From positions 10,544 through 74,543 of the forward strand of contig CABPZE010000003.1 of the NCBI GenBank assembly GCA_902461815.1: a stretch of 64,000 nt of DNA. The letters run 5' to 3'. Every line of letters starts with the position of its first letter. Position 1 is the stretch's first letter. The translations under genes were made by a program, and so were the position numbers. Shown in pieces: positions 1 through 9,069 of the stretch. The notes under the pieces are model-generated. The model was not told the origin of the DNA. It searched no databases and saw nothing but the letters and a program-made list of their open reading frames with translations. The stretch comes from an uncultured Anaerotruncus sp. GTDB taxonomy: Bacteria; Bacillota; Clostridia; Oscillospirales; CAG-272.

Positions 1-33
1 ATCAATCATTATAAAAAAATATTCGGTGTACTT

Positions 34-1959
34 ATGAATAAGAAAACAAAGAAAGCTCCCAAGGACAGCGCTATCCGCCGCGAGGCGGGGACGGGCAAGC
101 TGCTTTGGGAATTTATGCGCGGTTCGAAGCTGTATTTTCTCGCCGGGATCATCGCTTCCCTCGCCGTGACCGGAACAGACATATTGAACCCTCAGCTTAT
201 CCGGTTTACCGTGGACTCGGTAATAGGCGGAGAGCCCTCAAGCCTGCCCGCATATGCCCGTGTTATCGTTGACGCGCTGGGCGGAGCTGACGCCATACGC
301 GCCAATCTTGCCATAATCGCAATTGCAATAATCGTAATAGCGTTTTTCTCCGCCATCTGCCGCTATCTGCAGCGCATCCTCAACACCAAGGCAGCCGAAA
401 CGCTGGTCGAGCATATGCGCAATATGCTTTACGAAAAGATCCAGCGCCTGCCATTTGCGTGGCATATGAAAAACAAGACCGGAGACATCATTCAGCGCTG
501 CACCTCTGACGTGGATATGGTAAAGAACTTCCTCTCGGAGCAGCTTGTCTCTATCATCATGATAATCATACGCGTCGGGCTGTCGCTCACGGCGATGTAC
601 AGCATGGACGTAAAGCTTGCCGTTGCGGCAACGGTGTCCCTGCCCGTCATTCTGATATACTCCGCCGTTTTCGGCAGAAAGATAGGCGAGAGCTTCAAGG
701 AATGCGACGAGGCGGAGGGTGCGCTGTCCTCCGTGGCACAGGAGAACCTTACCGGAGTGCGCGTGGTGCGTGCCTTCGGCAGGGAAAAATACGAGCGCGA
801 CCGGTTTGCCGCGCAGAACAAAAAATATGTCTCTCTGTCGCTCAGACTTTCAAAATATCTCTCGGCTTTCTGGGGGATGGGCGACTTCATCTCCGGGCTT
901 CAGGTAATGCTTATCATTGCGCTTGGCGTATTTGCCTGCCTTGACGGCAGACTGAGCGCCGGCTCATTTATCGCCTTTGTCACCTACAACTCGATGCTTG
1001 CGTGGCCGATGCGCAGGCTTGGCAGAATGATATCCGAGATGAGCAAGGCGGGGATCTCCATCGGTCGTCTTGGCTATATACTCAACTCCGAGCCGGAGCA
1101 TGACCGTCCCGACGCCTGCGAGCCTGACATGAGGCAGGATATCGTGTTTGACGACGTAAGCTTTGCCTACGACGGCTGTCCCGAGCTGCTCTCTCACATT
1201 TCCCTTACCGTTCCTGCCGGAAGCACAGTGGGCATCCTCGGCGGAACAGGCTCGGGCAAATCCACCCTTGTTCACCTGCTTGGCAGGCTTTATGAGCTTC
1301 CGGAGGACGGAAGCGGCGGACGGATCACAATAGGCGGCGTAAACATTGCAGATATCCGCGCGTCGTATCTGCGCCGCAACATAGGAATAGTGCTTCAGGA
1401 GCCGTACCTTTTCTCACGCTCGATAGCAGACAATATCGCTATGGCAAACGAAGGCATAAGCATGGAGGATATACGCGAGGCGGCGCGCGTTGCCTGCCTT
1501 GACGATACCGTTTCAGGATTCTCCGAGGGATATGACACCTTTGTCGGCGAGCGCGGCGTGACCCTTTCGGGCGGTCAGAAACAGCGCACGGCTATCGCGC
1601 GCATGCTGACCGAAAAAGCGCCCATAATGATATTTGACGATTCCCTGTCCGCCGTCGACGCCGAAACCGACGCAAAAATACGCGCCGCGCTGTCAGAAAA
1701 GCTGGGCGGCTCGACAGTATTCCTTATCTCGCACCGCACCGCGACGCTTATGAGCGCCGACCGGATAGTGGTGCTTGACCACGGCAGGATAGCAGAATGC
1801 GGAACTCACGACGAGCTTATGAAGCTTGAAAACGGAATATACCGCCGTATATTCAATATACAAATGACAGATCCGGATGATACGGATAGCGATACGGATA
1901 ATAATACGGAAGCTGCTTCCGCAAGCAGCGACAGCACCGGAAAGGAGGTGCTGGCATGA
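34..1959 (+). CDS. ABC exporter, fused permease/ATPase subunit (heterodimer partner 1)
   Basis: 641-aa ORF with TM-rich N-terminal half. NBD has Walker A GGTGSGKST, signature LSGGQKQR and Walker B IMIFDD (Asp in place of the catalytic Glu). Stop overlaps the next start (ATGA at 1956-1959). Confidence 0.9.
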   Translation: MNKKTKKAPKDSAIRREAGTGKLLWEFMRGSKLYFLAGIIASLAVTGTDILNPQLIRFTVDSVIGGEPSSLPAYARVIVDALGGADAIRANLAIIAIAIIVIAFFSAICRYLQRILNTKAAETLVEHMRNMLYEKIQRLPFAWHMKNKTGDIIQRCTSDVDMVKNFLSEQLVSIIMIIIRVGLSLTAMYSMDVKLAVAATVSLPVILIYSAVFGRKIGESFKECDEAEGALSSVAQENLTGVRVVRAFGREKYERDRFAAQNKKYVSLSLRLSKYLSAFWGMGDFISGLQVMLIIALGVFACLDGRLSAGSFIAFVTYNSMLAWPMRRLGRMISEMSKAGISIGRLGYILNSEPEHDRPDACEPDMRQDIVFDDVSFAYDGCPELLSHISLTVPAGSTVGILGGTGSGKSTLVHLLGRLYELPEDGSGGRITIGGVNIADIRASYLRRNIGIVLQEPYLFSRSIADNIAMANEGISMEDIREAARVACLDDTVSGFSEGYDTFVGERGVTLSGGQKQRTAIARMLTEKAPIMIFDDSLSAVDAETDAKIRAALSEKLGGSTVFLISHRTATLMSADRIVVLDHGRIAECGTHDELMKLENGIYRRIFNIQMTDPDDTDSDTDNNTEAASASSDSTGKEVLA

Positions 1960-3812
1960 GTCAGACAGAAGTAAAAACAAACCAAGGATCAACCAAAAAG
2001 AAAAAAGACGACGCCGGTGTCCGTCTGCCCTGGTTCGGCATAAAAAGGATACTGCCCTTTCTTAAGCGCTACCGCCGTCAGATAATACTTATGGCGCTGT
2101 TCGGAGTCGTCGGCAGTGCGGTGGATATCGTCATCCCGCTTTTTCAGAGCTATGCCATCAACAACTACATAGTGACCGGAGTCCTTGACACCCTGCCCTA
2201 CTTCATAGGGCTTTACCTGCTTACCCTTACGGTGCAGATAAGCGCCAACTGCTTTACCACCTACACCGCGTCCTGCGTGGAATACCGCGTGGGTCACGAC
2301 CTCAAGCAGGCGTGCTTTGACCACCTTCAGACACTCTCCTTCTCGTATTTCAATCAGAACAGCGTGGGATATGTTCACGCCCGTATAATGAGCGACACAG
2401 CACGAATTGGAGAGCTGGTATCATGGTCCTTCATGGACGCGATATGGAATATCTCCTACATCGCAGGCGCGGTGTTTGTGATGCTGAAGATAAACTGGAA
2501 GCTCGCGCTTGCCGTAATTGCGGTAGTTCCGATCGCGGCACTGCTCATTGCCTTTTCCCTCAACAAGCTGACCGCCCTCAACCGGGCAATACGCGAGATG
2601 AACTCGCGCATATCGGGCGATTACAACGAGGGGATCGCCGGAGCCAAGACCATCAAAACGCTGGTGGTCGAGGACAAAATGGTCGCGGAATTTGAAGCCG
2701 ATACAGGCAAGATGAAAAAGACCTCGGTTCACGCTTCCCGCTTCCGCGGTCTGCTTTTCTCCTCGGTATCCTTCTTTTCATACGTTGCGCTGGCTCTGGT
2801 GCTCTGGCGCGGCGGAATTATCACAATGAAGCAGGCAATGGGTATAGGCACTCTTTCCGCGTTCATGTCATACGCACAGGGGCTGATGGACCCACTGCTC
2901 TGGATAATCGACGCGTTTTCGAGCCTGATAAACACACAGGTCAATATTGAGCGCGTCACCCGGCTTATCGACACCGCCTCGGATGTTACCGACACTCCCG
3001 CCGTCATCGAAAAGTACGGCGACACCTTCTCGCCAAAGCGCGAAAACTGGGAGCCTCTTAACGGCGACATTGAATTTGACGATGTGACCTTTAAGTATCC
3101 CGACGGCGATGAAACGGTGCTTGAGCATTTTTCACTGCGCGTCCCGTGCGGCACGCTTGTCGCCATTGTCGGCGAGACCGGAGCGGGAAAGTCCACGCTT
3201 GTAAATCTTGTCTGCCGGTTTTACGAGCCGACAGAGGGGCGGGTGCTTATCGACGGCAGGGATGCGCGTGAGCGCTCACAGCTATGGCTGCACTCGAATA
3301 TCGGATATGTGCTTCAGTCGCCTCATCTTTTTTCGGGCAGTGTGCGGGAAAACCTGCGCTACGGCAAGCCCGACGCGACGGATGAGGAGATAAACGCCGC
3401 GCTTGCCACCGTCTCAGCCGACGCCGTGGTCGCCCGTATGGACAAGGGGCTTGACAGCGAGGTCGGCGAGGGCGGAGACCTGCTATCGACCGGAGAAAAG
3501 CAGCTGCTTTCCTTTGCGCGCGCCATAATTGCCGACCCGCGTATACTGGTGCTTGACGAGGCGACCTCCTCGGTCGATACCATCACCGAGCAGATAATAC
3601 AGAACGCCATCGGCAAGGTCACAGCGGGACGCACCTCATTTATCATAGCCCACCGCCTTTCCACCGTCCGCGACGCAGATGTTATTATCGTTGTGAGGGA
3701 CGGAAAGATAGTCGAACAGGGCAAGCACGGCGAGCTTATGCGGAAAAAGGGCTATTATTACAGCCTTTACACCAGACAGTACGAAAAGGAAGCCGTGGAA
3801 GGCATACTCTGA
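1956..3812 (+). CDS. ABC exporter, fused permease/ATPase subunit (heterodimer partner 2)
   Basis: 618-aa ORF. Walker A GETGAGKST, Walker B ILVLDEATS (canonical Glu), divergent signature LSTGEKQ. Translationally coupled to the upstream gene. Confidence 0.9.
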   Translation: MSQTEVKTNQGSTKKKKDDAGVRLPWFGIKRILPFLKRYRRQIILMALFGVVGSAVDIVIPLFQSYAINNYIVTGVLDTLPYFIGLYLLTLTVQISANCFTTYTASCVEYRVGHDLKQACFDHLQTLSFSYFNQNSVGYVHARIMSDTARIGELVSWSFMDAIWNISYIAGAVFVMLKINWKLALAVIAVVPIAALLIAFSLNKLTALNRAIREMNSRISGDYNEGIAGAKTIKTLVVEDKMVAEFEADTGKMKKTSVHASRFRGLLFSSVSFFSYVALALVLWRGGIITMKQAMGIGTLSAFMSYAQGLMDPLLWIIDAFSSLINTQVNIERVTRLIDTASDVTDTPAVIEKYGDTFSPKRENWEPLNGDIEFDDVTFKYPDGDETVLEHFSLRVPCGTLVAIVGETGAGKSTLVNLVCRFYEPTEGRVLIDGRDARERSQLWLHSNIGYVLQSPHLFSGSVRENLRYGKPDATDEEINAALATVSADAVVARMDKGLDSEVGEGGDLLSTGEKQLLSFARAIIADPRILVLDEATSSVDTITEQIIQNAIGKVTAGRTSFIIAHRLSTVRDADVIIVVRDGKIVEQGKHGELMRKKGYYYSLYTRQYEKEAVEGIL

Positions 3813-3910
3813 TTCCGAAAAACGCCTCCCCAAGAACGTGCAAAATTAGCGGAGAAATCAAAAATTATTTTTCCATATGGCACAGATTTGCTTCGCAGTA
3901 AACAAATAAA

Positions 3911-3945
3911 ACCCCAACAGATATTATCTCAAAGTCTGTTGGGGC
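3911..3945 (-). terminator. Intrinsic terminator after the DUF4304-like gene
   Basis: Stem CCCCAACAGA/TCTGTTGGGG. On the minus strand it is followed by TTTTATTTG, directly downstream of the stop at 3955. Confidence 0.6.
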
Positions 3946-3954
3946 TTAATTATG

Positions 3955-4419
3955 TTAAAAGTTATCTAAGATAAACTGCTTCACAACCAATGTAGTTGCA
4001 AAAAACTCGCGTGAAGGAACAGGATCTGCATCGTAATCAACCAAACCAGCTCTCCGCTTTTCTAAAGGATTTCGTTTATCCCATTCCATAAACGCAATCA
4101 ATCGTTCTTTGATTAAAGATTTGTTTGTCCATTCTTCACACCAATCGTCAAATTTGCTTACCACTTCTTCAGGCGTTGAAGGCTCAATTTCAAGCATAAA
4201 ATGACCATAAACGTCGTCGCAGGGCATTAGAGCGTTGATGAAAATTCCCGGGCGGATATAATAATCTTCCTTTGAATATGAGCTACCTTGGATATAAAAG
4301 CAGAGGGTAAATTCACCCGTATCTTTCGTCCATCGCTTATTCTTCTTCTTAAATCCTTTTGCCTTCAAATATGACTTCGCATATTCAATCAACTGCTCTT
4401 CGGGTAAAACATGTTTCAT
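3955..4419 (-). CDS. DUF4304-like hypothetical protein (function unknown)
   Basis: 154-aa ORF with AGGAGG-type SD (aacaggaggtaacta ATG). N-terminal pattern AKSYLKAKGFKKKNKRWTK...FTLCFYIQGSS resembles DUF4304 as I recall it. Visibly AT-rich compared with its neighbours. Confidence 0.6.
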   Translation of the reverse strand: MKHVLPEEQLIEYAKSYLKAKGFKKKNKRWTKDTGEFTLCFYIQGSSYSKEDYYIRPGIFINALMPCDDVYGHFMLEIEPSTPEEVVSKFDDWCEEWTNKSLIKERLIAFMEWDKRNPLEKRRAGLVDYDADPVPSREFFATTLVVKQFILDNF

Positions 4420-4513
4420 TAGTTACCTCCTGTTTTATCGCCAGTTTCGCCTTTGTATTACAAAGGCATAGGGCAAAGCCCATACCCCTAAAGATGAACG
4501 AGCGCATCCAAAG

Positions 4514-4560
4514 GCTCCCTTGTGTAAAGGGAGCTGTCGCGTTAGCGACTGAGGGATTGT
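4514..4560 (+). repeat. Two-hairpin repeat element, copy A
   Basis: GCTCCCTTGTGTAAAGGGAGC then GTCGC-GTTA-GCGAC then TGAGGGATTGT. Similar to copies at 4584-4633 (inverted) and 27481-27532. Confidence 0.8.
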
Positions 4561-4583
4561 TTCCTGCTATTTTGGGCTTTTTT

Positions 4584-4633
4584 ACAATCCCTCCGTCAGC
4601 CTTCGGCTGCCACCTCCCTTTACACAAGGGAGG
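4584..4633 (-). repeat. Two-hairpin repeat element, copy B (inverted relative to copy A)
   Basis: The minus strand reads CCTCCCTTGTGTAAAGGGAGG TGG CAGCC-GAA-GGCTG ACGGAGGGATTGT. Confidence 0.8.
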
Positions 4634-4754
4634 CTTTTTGTTAGTCCCATTATAATACAAATCGGCAGAGAAAACAAGTTCTCTGCCGAAATTTATGTGC
4701 CTGCCTATTTCTCCGCTAAGAATGCAGAGAGAAGCACAATAGCTTATATCAAAA

Positions 4755-4780
4755 CGGGCTGCCGCAGTTGCGGCAGCCCG
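4755..4780 (-). terminator. Intrinsic terminator after ruvX
   Basis: CGGGCTGCCGC-AACT-GCGGCAGCCCG followed by TTTTGAT on the minus strand, 75 nt downstream of the ruvX stop. Confidence 0.7.
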
Positions 4781-4854
4781 TCAGTGTCTTCATATGTCTT
4801 TATATTAAGTAAAGCGGTACTCAACGCGCCAAATGCAAACCAAGCGCTCGGATC

Positions 4855-5337
4855 TTACAGGGCGCTGCTTCCCATCTCGTTTTTCAGCCTGTCGAGCGTG
4901 TTCTGAAGAATTATCTCCGCCGAAAGCGAGTCGATGACTCCCTTCCTTTTTTTTCCGCGCGTGTCGGTCTCGTTAAGATACCGTGAGGCTGCCACGGTGG
5001 TCAGCCTTTCGTCTGTCATAGCAACGGGAATACCCGCCGCCCCGGCAAGCAGTCCGGCAAATTCACGGCAGCGGTCGGCGCGCGCGCCCTCGCTTCCGTC
5101 CATATTCCGGGGAAGCCCTACGACTGCGGCAACAGCGCCCCTCTCGGCTGCCGTCCTTGCGACGGCGGCGGCAGTGGCGGCAATTCCGCCCGGGCTTATC
5201 GTGCCGATGCCCGAGGCAAGAAAACGGCTCTCGTCCGAAAGCGCAAGCCCCGTTCTGCGGTCGCCGAAATCAACGGCAAGTATGCGTCCGCGCGTGCCGG
5301 CAAGCTCGCCCACCGGAACTATCTTACCCTCACTCAT
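4855..5337 (-). CDS. ruvX: Holliday junction resolvase-like RuvX/YqgF
   Basis: 160 aa with ILAVDFGDRRTGLALSD motif and YqgF-like length. ATGA overlap with the upstream CPBP gene. Confidence 0.85.
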   Translation of the reverse strand: MSEGKIVPVGELAGTRGRILAVDFGDRRTGLALSDESRFLASGIGTISPGGIAATAAAVARTAAERGAVAAVVGLPRNMDGSEGARADRCREFAGLLAGAAGIPVAMTDERLTTVAASRYLNETDTRGKKRKGVIDSLSAEIILQNTLDRLKNEMGSSAL

Positions 5338-6281
5338 ACAGTCGCCTCCTTTTGAGCGTCATTGTTGCTTTCTTTTTTTCGTGTAAGCAGTAGCATCACC
5401 GCTATCATTGCAATGCTGACCACCCCGGAAACGGCAAACAGCGTATATATAGTGCTCTTCGGTGAGTCCTCCGGTATCGGAATAAACGGAAGCACAAAGC
5501 TCGATGCATTGAAAGCCACGTGCAGCAGCGCACTTGCAGCAGTGGAATGTGCGCGCAGGCAGATCAAGCTGAGCAGAAGCCCAAGCATGAAAGCATAGCA
5601 TATCCAGAGTATCTGACCGTGTATCAGCCCGAAGATAAGCGACGGTATGAGCACGGCAAGCCAGAGCGGCACACCGCGGCGCATACGTGAGATAAGCAGT
5701 CCGCGGAATATCAGCTCCTCGGAAAGCGGCGCAAATATCGCTGTTGACAGCACCGAAAGCACTGAAAACTCGCCGAGAAGCGACGATTGGTTTGCGTAAT
5801 CCTCAAGCAGCTCCGCAGGAATAGGCAGTACTTCAAACAGCAGTGAGACGAACATATTGAGCGAAAAGCCCATTATCAGCAGTATCGGGATCAGAGCCGG
5901 GCTGAACCGTACAAAGCCGGTGTCGCGGAAAAATCCCACTCTCAGCTCTGCCGGCTTGCGCCTGTCGCGTATCAGCCCGACTATCCAAACGGCGGCAAAA
6001 AACGCAACGGTCGAAAAGATTATTTCAAGGAACGAGACTTCTGCGATCTTTTCGACAGCCACCCAGTTGATTATTTGGGTCATGTCATAGCCGAACTTCA
6101 AAAATCCCATGAAGTAATAAGCCATGACAAGCACCATGCTGAGCGTAAATCTCAAGCCGAAATAAAGTGCAAGCCAGCCGGCAGACGCGCCGAGGGCAAG
6201 CAGCACGCGCCTTCCCTTCCCCTCGGACGGAGCGGTATACTGCACATCTCTTTCAAAATCGTTTCCGATTCCGTTCATCAT
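5334..6281 (-). CDS. CPBP (CAAX) family intramembrane protease
   Basis: 315 aa, polytopic. Motifs EELIFRG, FGLIHG and HVAFN. Confidence 0.8.
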   Translation of the reverse strand: MMNGIGNDFERDVQYTAPSEGKGRRVLLALGASAGWLALYFGLRFTLSMVLVMAYYFMGFLKFGYDMTQIINWVAVEKIAEVSFLEIIFSTVAFFAAVWIVGLIRDRRKPAELRVGFFRDTGFVRFSPALIPILLIMGFSLNMFVSLLFEVLPIPAELLEDYANQSSLLGEFSVLSVLSTAIFAPLSEELIFRGLLISRMRRGVPLWLAVLIPSLIFGLIHGQILWICYAFMLGLLLSLICLRAHSTAASALLHVAFNASSFVLPFIPIPEDSPKSTIYTLFAVSGVVSIAMIAVMLLLTRKKESNNDAQKEATV

Positions 6282-6322
6282 TTGTCTCCTGAAAAAATTT
6301 CGGATGGAGCCTTATTTTGACC

Positions 6323-7609
6323 TCAGTCGATATAGTCCATCGGGTCAACGCCTATCATCGGAAGAAGCCTTGTGATAAGCATACGGTAGCGCATATACGG
6401 GTGCCAGCGGAGTCCGTCGGCAAGCAGCTCGGGAGAAACATTGACCTCCTCGGGTGTTACGGCACATCCGGCGCGCTTCATCATGTCTATCAGCTTATCG
6501 GTCTCGGGCAGGATATCATAGATCATGCGGCGGATCTCGCCCCACGATGCTTTGAGCTTGGCGGGATCGATCTTATCCGTTATCGTAGGGGTATTGAGCT
6601 TCTTTACATCGGGTATCTGCTCGGGGGTGAAGTGCGAATACACCTCGTCCCAGTCGGTGGGGTCGGCGGTTGGGTCAATTTCGGGCAGACGGTCGGCAAG
6701 GTTGCGGTAGAGGCGGGTTATAAGCACCGTGGCAACGCCGACCTTTTTACCGTGGTATTCAGGCCAGATGCCGCGCGCAAGCTTGTAGCACTCCCAATAG
6801 TGGGAAACAACGTGCTCCGCTCCGGAGGCGGGACGGGATGACATCGCCAGCTTCATGCCGAGACCGGAAAGCACCAGCGCCTCCATTATCGCTCCGGCAG
6901 CCTCCTCATCCTCGGAGGTCACCTTGTCTGCAAGCGCGACCATCTTTTCGACAGCGCTCATGGTGATGCCGGCAACCGCCTCGCAGTAGTATTCGTCGAT
7001 AAGCAGATGCGCCACGCGCCAGTCGAGTATGCCTATGTATTTGGCTACCATGTCGCCGAATCCGGCTGCTTTCAGCTCGGCGGGAGCTTTGGCAAGTATT
7101 TTGGTATCGGCGATAATAACCGCGGGCTGCTCCGCCTTCCACGACACCTTGAAGTTGTTCTCAATAATAGGAGCCGTGTCGGAAGCAAAGCCGTCCATCG
7201 AGGGAGCGGTTGCAAAAATGCAGAACATTTTCTTAAGCTCAAACGAAGCCACACGGCAGATGTCGTTGAGAGAGCCTGTGCCTACCGAGATGATGCCGTC
7301 AACGTCGGCGGCAAGCGCCATGACCTCGCGCACCTGCTCGACGCGGGCGTATTTCATATTTTCATATATCAGCCTTTTGATAGAAAATCCGGCGGCAGTC
7401 AGAGAATCGGAAAGCCCCTCTGCCTCGGCAACGGCGATCGTGTTGCAGTCGGCAACGAGCAGAACATTCTTGGGGAATCCGGCGTCGGTCAGCACACTGC
7501 CTGCGCGGCGTGTCGCACCGCTGGATATTTCAACGACCTTGGTATAGATCGTGTGCTCTCTCCCGCAGGGACAGTTTTCAAGGGATCTAAGTATCTTTTC
7601 AAGCTCCAT
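6323..7609 (-). CDS. Iron-dependent alcohol dehydrogenase superfamily, sn-glycerol-1-phosphate dehydrogenase (AraM/EgsA)-like
   Basis: Start moved from 7633 to the ATG at 7609, which has GGAGG 9 nt upstream. N-terminus has a CPCGREH motif and a Rossmann-like LLVADxNT segment. Family assignment is by recollection. Confidence 0.6.
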   Translation of the reverse strand: MELEKILRSLENCPCGREHTIYTKVVEISSGATRRAGSVLTDAGFPKNVLLVADCNTIAVAEAEGLSDSLTAAGFSIKRLIYENMKYARVEQVREVMALAADVDGIISVGTGSLNDICRVASFELKKMFCIFATAPSMDGFASDTAPIIENNFKVSWKAEQPAVIIADTKILAKAPAELKAAGFGDMVAKYIGILDWRVAHLLIDEYYCEAVAGITMSAVEKMVALADKVTSEDEEAAGAIMEALVLSGLGMKLAMSSRPASGAEHVVSHYWECYKLARGIWPEYHGKKVGVATVLITRLYRNLADRLPEIDPTADPTDWDEVYSHFTPEQIPDVKKLNTPTITDKIDPAKLKASWGEIRRMIYDILPETDKLIDMMKRAGCAVTPEEVNVSPELLADGLRWHPYMRYRMLITRLLPMIGVDPMDYID

Positions 7610-7687
7610 GATAAAAAACCTCCGAAGCGGCATATCTGCCGCTCAAATAATGATTTTGCGTGTATTTACGCAAATTATTTCATTGTA

Positions 7688-7716
7688 ATTATAATCTTTT
7701 TTTGACGCTTTGTCAA
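7688..7716 (-). promoter_or_regulatory. Consensus sigma-A-type promoter (TTGACA-17-TATAAT)
   Basis: Minus strand: TTGACA aagcgtcaaaaaaagat TATAAT, about 75 nt upstream of the 7609 start. Confidence 0.7.
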
Positions 7717-7816
7717 TAGTCTGCGGCAGGCGCGGCGGAATATCTCTTTTCCCGCCGGGTATTGATATTGGGCGGGATTTGTTGTATACTATATACAGTC
7801 GGAGTCGCCGCCGCAG

Positions 7817-8302
7817 TCATTTCCAGAACGCATAGCCTCCGAACTCAAAGCTAACTCTGCCGCCCTCGCGCACGTCTGCGGGGAGCTCATCGGCGCGTGC
7901 AAAATAAAGCGCCCCGCGCGTAGGGTCGCCGCCGCGCAGAGCAGCCGCCGCGGCACGGATATTCCGCTCAGACGGCTCGGCATCGGCAAAGGCAAGGCTT
8001 AACACGGTATCCTCCGAAAGAAGATCGGATATCACAGCCGCCAGCGTGTCCGGAAAACCGCTGCCGTTTTTGCGGTTAAGCAGCATGGCGCAAAGCGACA
8101 CCTGAACGGCGTACTCGCTTTCTCCTACCGCCGCCGACGCGGCGCGTGAGAGCAGCTCAAGCTCTGCCGTATTGTTTTCTTCGGATTTTTCCGCCCCCGC
8201 AGGCAGCGAAAGCATCAGCACCACCGCCGTCAGCGCAAATATAAACAGCAAAAGCACGCATGGGCGCAGCTTTGCTTTGCATTTTGAAAACATAAGATCC
8301 AC
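7817..8302 (-). CDS. SleB-like cell wall hydrolase domain protein (divergent)
   Basis: 161 aa with GTG start and N-terminal signal/TM. Segment AVQVSLCAMLLNRKNGSGFPDTLAAVI resembles the Hydrolase_2 (SleB) core. Confidence 0.5.
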   Translation of the reverse strand: MDLMFSKCKAKLRPCVLLLFIFALTAVVLMLSLPAGAEKSEENNTAELELLSRAASAAVGESEYAVQVSLCAMLLNRKNGSGFPDTLAAVISDLLSEDTVLSLAFADAEPSERNIRAAAAALRGGDPTRGALYFARADELPADVREGGRVSFEFGGYAFWK

Positions 8303-8403
8303 AGCAATGAATATCCCCCTTTACAGTATCAGATATATTTTTTGCCGCCGCGCGACGGATATGCGCCGCACAATTAGGCAAAGTCAGTCAGGAGTGTGAC
8401 AAA

Positions 8404-9069
8404 ATGGACAGATCAAAAGATAAAAAAACTCATTCGACCCCAGCCGCAGCTCCCGGTGACGGCGAAAAAACCGTTCCGGTAACAATAAAAATAATAACCG
8501 AACGCAGCCTTACCGACGGCGCGGTGTTTGATGTTCCCGAGCCTCCGCCCGGGATGTGCATTGATTTTGACGCGCTGGCTGAGGACGAAACCGGCGAGGC
8601 GGGAATGGTGCTTATCGCGCCCGGAGAGCAAAAGCGATCAGCCGACACGGAGGAAGCCAAGCCCGAACATACCGAGCTTGTCGTTCAGGGCGAGCTGACC
8701 AGGGGCGAGGACATAGTGACGCTTGCATGGCGGGAATTTCACGGAAACGGGACGAGCGACCAGACAGTCTCCTTTGACCCCGCGATGCCGGAGATAGTAA
8801 CCTTTTCACGCGTTACTAAATCGGCAATGGATGTGTTTTTTGAAATGATAGGCATCAAATGCGGCAGTGAGATATGCCTTGTGCTTGAACGCGGCAGACG
8901 GCACATCAGCGTGTACGATTCCGGCGACGGGATAAGTGAGCTTACCGTAAGGACATTCCGCGTTGAAAATGCACTCCTGCGCCGCGGCGTGATGCTGCTT
9001 GATTTTACGGTCGAAATTCACGGCGCACGCGCCGAAAAGACTCAAATGCTGATAAGAATAAAACAATGA
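8404..9069 (+). CDS. Hypothetical protein (possibly DUF1934/YwiB-like beta-barrel C-terminal half)
   Basis: 221 aa, AGGAG 10 nt upstream, acidic disordered N-terminus. The family guess is weak. Confidence 0.4.
   Translation: MDRSKDKKTHSTPAAAPGDGEKTVPVTIKIITERSLTDGAVFDVPEPPPGMCIDFDALAEDETGEAGMVLIAPGEQKRSADTEEAKPEHTELVVQGELTRGEDIVTLAWREFHGNGTSDQTVSFDPAMPEIVTFSRVTKSAMDVFFEMIGIKCGSEICLVLERGRRHISVYDSGDGISELTVRTFRVENALLRRGVMLLDFTVEIHGARAEKTQMLIRIKQ

Noticed and set aside
4359-4660. 98-aa and 91-aa ORFs across the repeat pair (and 27398-27754 across copy C), encoding PLCKGRW / PLHKGGF / LRRATSLYTREA-type peptides.
   Set aside because: They are read-through translations of the structured repeat on both strands, with no SD. 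The conservation is at the nucleotide and structure level.
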